DNA of 57,648 nucleotides from an uncultured Bifidobacteriaceae bacterium (GCA_964456685.1 CAYWCK010000001.1:1-57648), one strand, 5' to 3'. Positions 46,702 through 55,613 are shown, counted from the stretch's first letter. Made by a program: numbers and translations. The notes: generated by a model from the letters alone, not told the origin.

Positions 46702-46728
46702 CCACGGATGCCACGGATTTTCACGGAA
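46702..46728. repeat. Three phased CACGGA(T/A) heptamers 9 nt apart, immediately upstream of the FmdB-like gene
   Basis: The plus strand reads cCACGGATgcCACGGATttTCACGGAAg. On the minus strand this is TCCGTG x3, ending about 14 nt before the ATG at 46688. Confidence 0.6.
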
Positions 46729-46854
46729 GAAATTTCAAGCCACAACGGGAACTGCGCGGCGTTCGTGGTATTTAAAGCGCTGCGGCAACAGTGGTTCATG
46801 GGGCAGAGCTAGTGCGGGATGGGAGCTAAGTAGATATTGCAGCCAATCTACAGA

Positions 46855-47295
46855 TTAGGCCGCTCGTATTTCATCTCTCGGTGTCCTGAACTCAAAAGCC
46901 AACGCTACTAGTGATGCCAAAGTCACCGCAATCCACCACCAACCATAGAAAGCTATCTCGTCGAAAATCAAAATTTTTGGCCACTGTGACTCTGTGGCGA
47001 TGAGAAGTACGATAAACGCAGAATTGAAGACAGCTGAGAACAACCAAAAGGCAGCGGACAGAACAAGTGCTCGGCACTGTCGGCTGCGCCACCGCCAGCC
47101 AAGCCACACACCATATCCAACAAGAAAATAGATGCCTAACTGCCACATGCGCCACGCACGGTCGAAGGCAGACAGCAACCCGCCGAGAGTTGGAAGCAAA
47201 AGTATCACTGCCCAGATGATGCCAATGCGAAAGAGCCAGCGTGCGATGGTGCCGGGAATGTCACGTTGAGCAATCATGGCGTGTAAATCGGTCAA
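46855..47295 (-). CDS. Small integral membrane protein, unknown function
   Basis: 146 aa with four predicted hydrophobic helices and many Trp residues. GC is lower (about 45% by eye) than in the neighbours. I recognise no family. Confidence 0.5.
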   Translation of the reverse strand: MTDLHAMIAQRDIPGTIARWLFRIGIIWAVILLLPTLGGLLSAFDRAWRMWQLGIYFLVGYGVWLGWRWRSRQCRALVLSAAFWLFSAVFNSAFIVLLIATESQWPKILIFDEIAFYGWWWIAVTLASLVALAFEFRTPRDEIRAA

Positions 47296-47519
47296 GCGTC
47301 TAGATTAGCTGCCACTGAACAGCCAATCATTTCTATGCGGCGACCGTAAATCCGGTGGCCGCTGGCTGTCGAGCCGTTTCGGCGGAGCGCGGCTGGGTCG
47401 CAGACCAGCCGCAGCAAATGGGCGCGCGCTGCGACTGGCTTTCAGCACAGTCGCGCTCCGGTGCTTTCCCGCCGATGACAGTTCGCGCCCGACTCGCGTG
47501 TGTCCGGCCGCCGCTTTGT

Positions 47520-47599
47520 AGTGGGACAGGCGTCTCGCCTGTCCGGTCAGGCAGCCAGGCTTCCTTGCGCCACCGGACAGGCGAGACGCCTGTCCCACT
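47520..47599. repeat. Perfect 28-bp inverted repeat with a 24-nt spacer. Each arm is itself a hairpin (REP/MITE-like nested palindrome).
   Basis: Arm 1 at 47520-47547 is aGTGGGACAGGCGTCTCGCCTGTCCGGT. Arm 2 at 47572-47599 is ACCGGACAGGCGAGACGCCTGTCCCACt, its exact reverse complement. Inside each arm, GACAGGCG-N3-CGCCTGTC can fold on its own. Confidence 0.85.
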
Positions 47600-47779
47600 C
47601 CCTGTCGCGGAGCGGAAGCCGCCCGCGCGGGCTTTCCGCCGAGGCAGGAGATCGTGTTGGATCGTCATCGCACTCGATCTCCCGGGGCGGCGGATTGAGC
47701 GTTGGGACGCGCGGGCGTGCATTTTTGCGGTAATCCTGCCGTTGACCGCGCCGTTGTGACTGTGTCGTCGGTCCTTCTC

Positions 47780-47809
47780 AAAAGCAAAAGCCCCGGCTCG
47801 CGCCGGGGC
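47780..47809 (-). terminator. Rho-independent terminator of the korAB operon
   Basis: On the minus strand: GCCCCGGC-GCGA-GCCGGGGC followed by TTTTGCTTTTG. It begins about 20 nt after the korB stop (47830). Confidence 0.65.
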
Positions 47810-47829
47810 TGGAGGTGAACCAAATCGGT

Positions 47830-48762
47830 TTACTTCAAACGCTCGAAAGTTTTTTGGAGAATCTGCCAGTCTTTCAAACCTTTGACCTTATCCTGCGCGG
47901 CTTTGTTGATGCCGGCTTCCTTCGCGTTCTTCGTGGGTTTCGTGCTCTTGTAGAAAATGCCGAAGTGGCCCGGGAACGGATCGCCAGCGAGTTTGTAGGC
48001 CGCGGCCTCATCTGTGACGTCGTGATTGGCGGGCACGAGATTGAACTGGCCGCCCTTGCGCGGATTGCTGGCGTCGAACGCACCTTCGTAGAACTCGACG
48101 CATTCGCTCAGGCATTCGATGAAGCTGAAGCCGTCGTGATCCATCGCGGCTTCCATCATCTGGAGAACGTGATTGGGATTGCTGTGCGTGGTGCGCGCCA
48201 CGAAGGTCGCGCCGGCCGCGATGGCCTGCTTCATCGGGTTGATCGGATAATCCACGGCGCCCCAGCCGTCGGTCTTGCTCTTGAAGCCGAGCGGTGAGGT
48301 GGGCGAGGTTTGTTTCTTCGTGAGACCGTAAACCCAGTTGTCCATCACGCAGTAGGTGAGCTTGATGTTCTTGCGCGCCGTGTGGGTGAAGTGATTGCCG
48401 CCGATGGAGAAGGCGTCGCCGTCGCCACCGAACACGAACACGTGCAGGTCGGGGCGGCTCAGGGAAACGCCGCTCGCAAACGGCAGCGCGCGGCCGTGAA
48501 TGAAGTGCGCCCCGTGCGCTTGCACGAAATACGGGAAGCGGCTGGAGCAACCGATGCCGGCGATGGTGGTGATCTTCTCGTGATGCAACTTGCGCTTTTC
48601 AATTAGCTTGAAGTAGAGCGCGAGCACGGAGAAATCGCCGCAACCGGGACACCACGTCGGGTGGTCGGCGGCGAGTTCTTTTTTCGTCAGGCCTTTGCGT
48701 TCAGTGCCGGTGGCGGTGGCCGGTGCGGCGGACGCAGGAATTTCAGATACGGATTGGCTCAT
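47830..48762 (-). CDS. korB: 2-oxoglutarate/2-oxoacid:ferredoxin oxidoreductase, beta subunit (TPP-binding)
   Basis: TWCPGCGDFSVL, GIGCSSR and GGDGDAFSIGGNHF are the canonical OFOR beta-subunit TPP-binding motifs. Confidence 0.9.
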   Translation of the reverse strand: MSQSVSEIPASAAPATATGTERKGLTKKELAADHPTWCPGCGDFSVLALYFKLIEKRKLHHEKITTIAGIGCSSRFPYFVQAHGAHFIHGRALPFASGVSLSRPDLHVFVFGGDGDAFSIGGNHFTHTARKNIKLTYCVMDNWVYGLTKKQTSPTSPLGFKSKTDGWGAVDYPINPMKQAIAAGATFVARTTHSNPNHVLQMMEAAMDHDGFSFIECLSECVEFYEGAFDASNPRKGGQFNLVPANHDVTDEAAAYKLAGDPFPGHFGIFYKSTKPTKNAKEAGINKAAQDKVKGLKDWQILQKTFERLK

Positions 48763-48786
48763 GGTCGTAAATTGGGATTGCGGGGT

Positions 48787-50610
48787 TCAGGCTTTCTTCG
48801 CGGCGGCGAGGCTGGCTTTCACGCGTTCGAGAATTTCCTTCACCTTCCAGGTCAGGCCGTCGGTTTTGTTGATGCCGCGGATTTTGGCGTCCACGAAGCG
48901 GGCGCGCAGCAGCGAGCAGAGCTGGCCGCCTTGATTGTAAAGGCCTTCATCGTTGGTCTCGACAACGAGCACGTGATGGAAGCCGGAGAAAATGTTTTCG
49001 AGCCCGTTCGGAAACGGATTCATGTGGCGCATGGTCAGGCCGGAAATGCTGTCGCCAGCGGCACGCGCGCGGTCCACCGCTTCACGTATCGTTCCTTCCG
49101 TCGAACCCCAGCCGACCAGCAAGACGTTGCCTTCGGGCGGACCGTAAACTTTTGGCGTGGGCAGCGTCGCAGCGAGGGCCTGTAGTTTTTTGCGGCGCTT
49201 GGCGGTCATGGCCATGTGCAACTTCGGCGAGCCAGTCGGATGGCCGAGTTCATCGTGCTCGAGGCCCGTGGCGATGGGATATTTGCCGCTCAAAATTTGC
49301 GTGCCGGGCACAACGCGCTTCACCGTTCCGTCCGGAGTGGAAAGATCGTATGGCTTGTAATCGGCCACAGGAGTCAGATCGGGCGAAAGGTCCTGACAGA
49401 TTTTCTCGAGGTTCGGCTCGGAAAACGCCTCGATGCGCGTGGCGATGGCTTGATCGCTGAGGATGAACACCGGGACGTTGTATTTGTTCGCAATGTTCAC
49501 GGCCTCGATGGCGGTGTAAAAACAGTCCTCGACATTGGAAGGCGCGAGGACAACGCGCGGGGCGTCGCCATGACTGCCGTAGCATGCGATGAAAAGGTCA
49601 GACTGTTCGATGTTCGTCGGCATGCCGGTCGAGGGACCGCCGCGTTGGATGTCGCAAATAATCAGCGGCACTTCGGCGTTGATCGCCCAGCCAATGGCTT
49701 CGCTCTTGAGCGAGATGCCCGGACCGCTGGAGCCAGTGATGGCGAGCTTGCCCGCAAAACTGGCGCCAAGCGCCATGGAGATGGAGGCGATCTCGTCCTC
49801 GCATTGGATGAATGAGCCACCGTACTTCGGAAGTTCCCGGCGGAGGATTTCCATGACGTCGGACCACGGCGTGATTGGATAACCCGCGCCGAAACGGACG
49901 CCAGCGGCGATCAGTCCGTAAGCGATGGCTTCGTTGCCGTTCATGACGACCTGTGCGCCGCCGCGCTTCTGGCTGTCGAGGAACTTGAAGGTGTCCATCA
50001 CGTTGCCCAGTGTGTAGCCGTAGCCGGCATGAAACGCGGTGAGGGCATTCTTGACGATGCTTGAATCCTTGCCCGTGAAGCGTTCAGTGACCAAGGCTTC
50101 GAGCTTAGGCACGTTCAGATCAAACATGCGGGCGATGAGACCGAGCGAGAAAATGTTTTTGCCCTTGTCCTTGGCCGTGCCACCGATGGCTTCGATGGTC
50201 AGGCTGGAGATCTTGATGCCGACGTGGTGGAAGTCCTTCTGGAATTCGGGCTTGGGCTCAACGTGGTCGGCGTCGTAGAGGACGATGCCGCCCTTCTTCA
50301 AAGAATTCAGGTGGCCTTCGTAGGAGTGCTGGTAGAAAGCGAGCAGCACATCCGCCTCGTCGCCGGAACTCAGTACTTCGCCCGAGCCGATGCGGACTTG
50401 GAAAATGGACGGACCACCGGAAATGGTGGACGGAATGGTCATGAAAGTCATGACGTCCTGCTCGCTGCGCCCAGCGAGCCGTGCCAGGAAGCCGCCGATG
50501 GCTTGGATGCCGTCCTGCGAGTTGCCCGCGATACGGATGACTGCCTCGGAAATCTTCGAGACCTTCGGTGTGCCGCCCGATAAAGGGACGGCTAGTGTTG
50601 TTTCGCTCAT
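48787..50610 (-). CDS. korA: 2-oxoglutarate/2-oxoacid:ferredoxin oxidoreductase, alpha subunit (fused gamma-alpha type)
   Basis: 607 aa. The gamma-like N-terminus reads IRIAGNSQDGIQAIGGFLARLAG. The alpha core reads MNGNEAIAYGLIAAGVRFGAGYPITPWS...TGSSGPGISLKSEAIG...RGGPSTGMPT. Confidence 0.9.
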   Translation of the reverse strand: MSETTLAVPLSGGTPKVSKISEAVIRIAGNSQDGIQAIGGFLARLAGRSEQDVMTFMTIPSTISGGPSIFQVRIGSGEVLSSGDEADVLLAFYQHSYEGHLNSLKKGGIVLYDADHVEPKPEFQKDFHHVGIKISSLTIEAIGGTAKDKGKNIFSLGLIARMFDLNVPKLEALVTERFTGKDSSIVKNALTAFHAGYGYTLGNVMDTFKFLDSQKRGGAQVVMNGNEAIAYGLIAAGVRFGAGYPITPWSDVMEILRRELPKYGGSFIQCEDEIASISMALGASFAGKLAITGSSGPGISLKSEAIGWAINAEVPLIICDIQRGGPSTGMPTNIEQSDLFIACYGSHGDAPRVVLAPSNVEDCFYTAIEAVNIANKYNVPVFILSDQAIATRIEAFSEPNLEKICQDLSPDLTPVADYKPYDLSTPDGTVKRVVPGTQILSGKYPIATGLEHDELGHPTGSPKLHMAMTAKRRKKLQALAATLPTPKVYGPPEGNVLLVGWGSTEGTIREAVDRARAAGDSISGLTMRHMNPFPNGLENIFSGFHHVLVVETNDEGLYNQGGQLCSLLRARFVDAKIRGINKTDGLTWKVKEILERVKASLAAAKKA

Positions 50611-50853
50611 GAAATCAAAAATTAAATCGGACGAACCAATTGCAAGGTGAAGCCAAAAAACCCTGAAGACCCTTCAGCAAGGACACCGTTGCCCAAACAG
50701 GCTAGCACCGAGGTAGCTTGTGTCAAATTCTAATCCCTACGCAATGCTGTTGTAAATCAACCATTTATATCGCTTTGCCTGGTTCTGTTCCGGACGTCGT
50801 ATTAAGGCGATAAGGCACGGTAATTTCACGCGGGCAAGCAATGAAGATAATTG

Positions 50854-51663
50854 TTATGCCTCCACCTGCCTGAGCCAGTAACGCAACCCATCTGCAACTC
50901 CGTCGCCGCGGTTCAAGGGGCTTACGTAGCCGCCTTGCTCCCGGACTGTGGCTTTAACCGGCTCGATGGCGTTTGCCGGGGCAGTCAAGCAACGAGCACG
51001 GGTGTGATCCAGCATTGGCAGGTCGTTCAGCCAATCACCCGCCGCAAAAATCAGGTCCGGGCCGACTCCAAGCCGGCGACCGAGTTCAGTCAGGGCGGTG
51101 CCCTTGTTAAAATCGGCGTGGCTGAAGCGGGCATAAACATCGTTTCGCACCACGGTCAGATGGGGAATCCGGGCGCAGAGTTGATCCAAGTGCGCGTGGA
51201 TTTCATCCGCGTCGCCGTTGTTCTCGGCGATCAGGCAAAACGGAGAAAAAGCGTCTTCATAGACCGTGGCGCGATATTGGCGATTGACCCATTCGACGAG
51301 CGCTGGGACATGCGGTCGGACCTGCGCGAACAACTCCGCATGTTGGCGGGCGCACGCGGCGTTCCAGTCGGTGAGACCGACATATTGCGCACCGTCGTGA
51401 GCGAAGATTTCGCGCTCCACGAGCACCAGATAATCCGGCTGGATGGGAATGTGGGAGCGAGCGAGCGCCTCCATCAAGCTGGACATATCACGGCCGGTAT
51501 TGATCACCCATTTGGCGCCGCGGCTCTGCAGGTCTTGGATCAAGGAAGTAACCGAGGTTGGAATCGGCGGGTTCTCAAATTCGGCGAACAATGTGCCGTC
51601 GAAATCGGTGGAGATGATTCTGATGGGTGCAGTCGAATTAAGCTTGGATGCGTCTGGCTTCAT
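50854..51663 (-). CDS. HAD-superfamily hydrolase, subfamily IIB (Cof/sugar-phosphatase-like)
   Basis: Motif I is IISTDFDGTLF. NTGR is present, and the C-terminal motif is AAGDWLNDLPML. Confidence 0.75.
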   Translation of the reverse strand: MKPDASKLNSTAPIRIISTDFDGTLFAEFENPPIPTSVTSLIQDLQSRGAKWVINTGRDMSSLMEALARSHIPIQPDYLVLVEREIFAHDGAQYVGLTDWNAACARQHAELFAQVRPHVPALVEWVNRQYRATVYEDAFSPFCLIAENNGDADEIHAHLDQLCARIPHLTVVRNDVYARFSHADFNKGTALTELGRRLGVGPDLIFAAGDWLNDLPMLDHTRARCLTAPANAIEPVKATVREQGGYVSPLNRGDGVADGLRYWLRQVEA

Positions 51664-51775
51664 GGGTTGGCCCGGTCAAGGGCGGCGATTGCAGTTTAGT
51701 AGAGATTGTTGAGGTGGCGCAACACACGCGCGCTTGCCCGACAGTCGGTGACTGGACTAGCTTGCACGCATCGCG

Positions 51776-52213
51776 ATGAATCTGCAGGAGCAATACGACG
51801 AAGCCATGTTCGCCTTCAGCCAGGGCGACTTTGCCGCGACGATTGAAAAATTGCGCGCGGTGTTGGTGGCGGATCCTGCGCACTTCGACGCGCAACTGGC
51901 TTTGGGAATGGCGTATTATCGCCAAGGCGATTTCGCGGCCGCCATTCTCGAAGGCCACAAGGCGGAACAACTCAAACCGCGGGAACAACTCGTCCACACC
52001 AACCTCTCACTGTTCTACATGAAGGCGGGCGACAAACAAAAAGCGGAACACCACGGTTTGCAGGCGCGGATCGCATCCTGGCGGGAGGACACGTCCCGGC
52101 CGGGTGATGCACCGGTTGGAGATCCCGAACTGGCAATGGCGAAGCCTTCTGCCTCAACTTTACCGGTACCAAAGAATTTTCCGGAGATGCCCTGGAAGAA
52201 GAAAGCGACGTAA
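51776..52213 (+). CDS. Tetratricopeptide-repeat protein
   Basis: 145 aa with two to three TPR-like units (FSQGDFAATIEKLRAVLVADPAHFDAQLALGMAYYRQGDFAAAILEGHKA). Confidence 0.65.
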   Translation: MNLQEQYDEAMFAFSQGDFAATIEKLRAVLVADPAHFDAQLALGMAYYRQGDFAAAILEGHKAEQLKPREQLVHTNLSLFYMKAGDKQKAEHHGLQARIASWREDTSRPGDAPVGDPELAMAKPSASTLPVPKNFPEMPWKKKAT

Positions 52214-52222
52214 CATTAAACC

Positions 52223-52510
52223 ATGAAGTCTGCCTACGAACTCGCCATGGAACGGTTGAGCAAACAGTCGCCGACCATCAAGCTTACGGACCGCCAAAAG
52301 CAGGAACTGGCCGACTTGGATTCGCGCTACGCTGCGAAGATCGCCGAGCGCGAGATTGCCTGGAAAGGGGAGGTCGAAAACCAGTTGGCCGCCGGTGACC
52401 TGGAGAAAGTGGAAGCTGCGCAGAAGCAACTTGTGTCCGAGCGAAAATCTTTGCAGGCTGAACTCGAAGATAAGAAGGAACGGATCCGCCAGCAAGGCCG
52501 GGGCAAATAA
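52223..52510 (+). CDS. Small coiled-coil protein, unknown function
   Basis: 95 aa, highly charged and helical (MKSAYELAMERLSKQ...). It has good coding periodicity and starts 10 nt after the TPR gene. Confidence 0.5.
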   Translation: MKSAYELAMERLSKQSPTIKLTDRQKQELADLDSRYAAKIAEREIAWKGEVENQLAAGDLEKVEAAQKQLVSERKSLQAELEDKKERIRQQGRGK

Positions 52511-52562
52511 GGGTGCGCTTCCTGCAGAACTGACTTGGTAATCCTCGGGATGGGGCAAGCAC

Positions 52563-53381
52563 ATGCAACAATTCAGCGTCAATAACACTACCTTGGTCGG
52601 TGAAGAACGCGGGACGGGGGAATTACTGATCCTTGTCCACGGTGCCGTGGGTGATTATCGGAGTTGGGAAAATGTGTTGCCGTTGTTGGCCACACGTTAT
52701 CGCACCGTGACCTTCAGCCGGCGTTGGCATCATCCGAATCCTTTTCCATCCAACGGCGAACCGTACACGCAAGGTGGTCACGCTGCGGACTTGGCGGCGC
52801 TCATTCGCTCGCTGACGAATGAACCAGTGCGACTGCTTGCCCATTCGTATGGCGCCGCGATTTGTGCCGAGCTGGCCGCAAAGCAACCCGCTTTGGTGCG
52901 CTGCATGGTGCTCGCAGAGCCTTCCCTCTTTGGCATGGCCATGACCAATCCGATTGGCGCCGTTGCCATGGCGCAGACCGCGGCCTCCACCATGCACGTT
53001 GTCCCGTTGTTGCGAAAAGGCGAACGCGAGAAGGCACTGCAGGAATTTCTCTACAGCGTGATTGGCAAGGACGGTTACGTGCGTTTGTCCGAACGGGTCA
53101 AGGCCGTCATGTTCGAAAACGTGCATACGTTGGAGCCCATGCTCAACGGTATGAGTTCGGGCCTGTCCTTCACCGGCAAAAACGCCGCGCAGATCAAAGC
53201 TCCGACTTTGCTGATGGAGGGTGAGCACACGACGACGCTCTTCCGCGCGACGATGAAGGCGCTCGCCAATTCCATCCCGGCTGCTGAACGATACGTGATG
53301 CCCAAGGTGGGGCACGGATTACACCTCGAAGAACCGGATGCGTTTACCGGCGTGGCGATGGATTTTCTGGCGAAGCACTGA
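52563..53381 (+). CDS. Alpha/beta-fold hydrolase
   Basis: The oxyanion region is LILVHGAVGDYRSW. The nucleophile elbow is LLAHSYGAAI (G/A-x-S-x-G). The C-terminal His lies in GHGLHLEEP. Confidence 0.8.
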   Translation: MQQFSVNNTTLVGEERGTGELLILVHGAVGDYRSWENVLPLLATRYRTVTFSRRWHHPNPFPSNGEPYTQGGHAADLAALIRSLTNEPVRLLAHSYGAAICAELAAKQPALVRCMVLAEPSLFGMAMTNPIGAVAMAQTAASTMHVVPLLRKGEREKALQEFLYSVIGKDGYVRLSERVKAVMFENVHTLEPMLNGMSSGLSFTGKNAAQIKAPTLLMEGEHTTTLFRATMKALANSIPAAERYVMPKVGHGLHLEEPDAFTGVAMDFLAKH

Positions 53382-53407
53382 GGTTTCAGACCGCGGCGCA
53401 GCGCAGT

Positions 53408-53962
53408 TCAAGCCGGCTTCAACCCACGCCGCCACAGGTCAAAATAGCTCAAACCCACCACGACCAACGAATGACGGATCTTCTCGGCGGCCACGAGTTT
53501 CATGACTTCGTCCACCGGCACGAGGCGGGTGATCAAATCTTCGCCGGAATCAAACTGCACGGGGTGCACGAGCCGGCAATTCTCCACAAGCACCGTGTAA
53601 CAGGTGTTGTTTTGGATCGCCGGATTCGGTGAGATCGTGCCCAGCAATCGCGCGTTCACGCCTTCGTAACCGGTTTCCTCACGCAGCTCGCGCACGGCTG
53701 CGGCGACCGGAGATTCGTCCCCATCGATCAACCCGCCGGGGATTTCCAGTTCCACAGTTTCCGAGCCGACGCGGAATTGCTCGATCATCACCACCTGCTG
53801 ATCCGTGGTGAGGGCCACAACATTTACCCAGTTCGCGCTCTCGAGCACGAAGAAGTCGTGCTCCTGGTTCGTTCGCGGGGAAATGCGTCGGTCGGAGCGC
53901 AGCTTGAAAATGCGAAAGTCTCCGAGCGGTTTTGAGCTAATCTTTTTCCACGGACGGATCAT
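53408..53962 (-). CDS. NUDIX hydrolase (ADP-ribose pyrophosphatase-like)
   Basis: The Nudix box is GGLIDGDESPVAAAVRELREETGY. Confidence 0.85.
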   Translation of the reverse strand: MIRPWKKISSKPLGDFRIFKLRSDRRISPRTNQEHDFFVLESANWVNVVALTTDQQVVMIEQFRVGSETVELEIPGGLIDGDESPVAAAVRELREETGYEGVNARLLGTISPNPAIQNNTCYTVLVENCRLVHPVQFDSGEDLITRLVPVDEVMKLVAAEKIRHSLVVVGLSYFDLWRRGLKPA

Positions 53963-53963
53963 G

Positions 53964-54158
53964 TCAGAGTCCTTTTTCTTTTGCGGCCCAACCTTGTTTC
54001 ATCAACGAAAGGAGATGCGCCAGAGCCTCCTCATGGGAACGGCCTTTCGCTTCCGCAAGCTGGCGGGCCCGCTTGTCCAGTTGTGCCGCCAGCGTGGCGG
54101 ATTTTTCGATCGGGCAGCCCAGTTGCTCCAGCACGCGCGCGAGTTGCTCCAGGTTCAT
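53964..54158 (-). CDS. Small helical protein, unknown function
   Basis: The preferred start is Met12 (ATG at 54158), giving MNLEQLARVLEQLG... Its stop lies 1 nt before the NUDIX start. I recognise no family. Confidence 0.4.
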   Translation of the reverse strand: MNLEQLARVLEQLGCPIEKSATLAAQLDKRARQLAEAKGRSHEEALAHLLSLMKQGWAAKEKGL

Positions 54159-54212
54159 CAAAACAAAACGCGAATGAAGCCAAAGCTCCATTCGCGCGTT
54201 TGGCTTGGAAAA

Positions 54213-54713
54213 TTATTGCGCGCTTTCCTGTGCGACGATGCGCACGCTTTCCACGTTCATGCGCTTCACCGGGCGGTCGCCGGGCTGGGTTTGCGTGGTG
54301 GCAATTTTTTCCAGCACCTCGTCGCCTTTGATGAGCTTCCCGAACGCCGTGTATTGCCGGTCGAGAAACCGCGGATCGCCGTGGCAGATGAAGAACTGCG
54401 AGCCCGCGGAATCGGGATTATTCGAGCGCGCCATTGAAAGCACGCCACGCACGTGGGCCTTGTCATTGAACTCAGCCTTGATCGTGTGGCCGGGGCCACC
54501 CGTGCCCCAGCTTCCCTTCTTCGCCTCGTCCTTGGTCAACGGGTCGCCGCCTTGAATCATGAAGCCCTTGATGACGCGGTGAAAACACGTGCCGTCATAA
54601 AAGCCTTGCTTCGCGAGTTTCGTGAAATTGGCTACGTGACCGGGCGCAACTTCGGGCCAGAATTCGAGGACCATTTCCCCTTCCGACGTCTTGATAATGG
54701 CAACTTCGCTCAT
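54213..54713 (-). CDS. ppiB: Cyclophilin-type peptidyl-prolyl cis-trans isomerase (cytoplasmic)
   Basis: FHRVIKGFMIQGGDP and MARSNNPDSAGSQFFI are canonical cyclophilin motifs. There is no signal peptide. Confidence 0.9.
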   Translation of the reverse strand: MSEVAIIKTSEGEMVLEFWPEVAPGHVANFTKLAKQGFYDGTCFHRVIKGFMIQGGDPLTKDEAKKGSWGTGGPGHTIKAEFNDKAHVRGVLSMARSNNPDSAGSQFFICHGDPRFLDRQYTAFGKLIKGDEVLEKIATTQTQPGDRPVKRMNVESVRIVAQESAQ

Positions 54714-54731
54714 GGTATGCAGGTTTGAGGG

Positions 54732-55346
54732 TTACTTGACTGAGTCCGCCGGTACAATCTTGATGCTTTCCACGTTCATGCGCTTGACCGGGCGGTTCGG
54801 CCCTTCCGTGGGCGTGGTCGCAATCTTGTCCAACACGTCTTCGCCTTTGATTAATTTACCGAACGCGGTGTACTGCCGGTCGAGATGGGGCGCTTCCGCG
54901 TGGCAGATGAAGAACTGTGAGCCCGCGGAGTTGGGATCCGCCGAGCGGGCCGCCGAAAGCACGCCCCGCACATGATGACGATCATTAAACTCCGCTTTCA
55001 ACTTCTCCTTGGGCCCGCCCGTGCCCCAAGAGCCTTTCATCTTCTCATCCTTCGTGAGGGGATCACCACCCTGGATCATGAACCCGGCGATCACCCGATG
55101 GAAGCAGGTGCCGTCATAAAATCCCTCTTTCGCGAGTTTCTTGAAATTGGCTACGTGATTCGGCGCCACTTCCGGCCAGAACTCCAGCACCATCGTGCCT
55201 TCTGAAGTCTTGATGACTGCGACCTCTTTGACCTCCGCTTTGGCAGGTTCTTCCTTCTTGGTCGCGTCCTTCTTTGGTTCCTCGGCACGGACGAGCGCCG
55301 CACCGCACAAAAGCGCCAGCATGCTGGCGAAAAGCATCTTTTTCAT
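54732..55346 (-). CDS. ppiA: Cyclophilin-type peptidyl-prolyl cis-trans isomerase (secreted/periplasmic)
   Basis: The preferred start is Met14 (ATG at 55346), giving MKKMLFASMLALLCGAALVRA followed by a Lys/Glu-rich linker. Then come FHRVIAGFMIQGGDP and AARSADPNSAGSQFFI. Confidence 0.85.
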   Translation of the reverse strand: MKKMLFASMLALLCGAALVRAEEPKKDATKKEEPAKAEVKEVAVIKTSEGTMVLEFWPEVAPNHVANFKKLAKEGFYDGTCFHRVIAGFMIQGGDPLTKDEKMKGSWGTGGPKEKLKAEFNDRHHVRGVLSAARSADPNSAGSQFFICHAEAPHLDRQYTAFGKLIKGEDVLDKIATTPTEGPNRPVKRMNVESIKIVPADSVK

Positions 55347-55469
55347 AGGGGGCGGGAGTCTTCCATGAACCACCGCGGAAGTCACGCGCGGAATTTACCG
55401 CAACCAGCTCGAACCGTGGCCACGGTCAAGTAAGCGCAAAGCAATCCCAGCCACCGCTACGGTCCGGCT

Positions 55470-55613
55470 TTAGGCGGCGATGCTTTTGAGAATCCAGTCG
55501 TAACCTTTGGCCTCGAGTTCGAGCGCCAGGTCTTTGCCGCCCGTCTTAACGATACGGCCATCTACCAGGACGTGGACGAAGTCAGGGACAATGAAGTTCA
55601 GCAACCGTTGGTA
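55470..55613 (-). pseudogene. Detached copy of the last 47 codons plus stop of sufC
   Basis: 138 of 144 nt are identical to 56458-56601. It encodes the identical peptide [47 protein letters not shown]. Upstream of 55613 the similarity to sufC ends abruptly. The 100-aa track ORF 55470..55772 is this fragment plus unrelated read-through. Confidence 0.85.

Noticed and set aside
47296-47829. Whether the structured intergenic region is SRP RNA, RNase P RNA, tmRNA or 6S RNA
   Set aside because: - Neither strand shows the RNase P P4 consensus (GAGGAAAGUCC).
- There is no tmRNA tag ORF or CCA-type end.
- The SRP helix-8 consensus is not matched beyond a chance GGAAGC.
- A perfect 28-bp stem is also unlike these RNAs.
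- A formal Infernal scan is still needed.
54213-55346. Tandem cyclophilin PPIase genes as something unusual
   Set aside because: A cytoplasmic plus a signal-peptide-bearing cyclophilin pair is an ordinary housekeeping arrangement (compare ppiB/ppiA). Nothing aberrant appears in the motifs.
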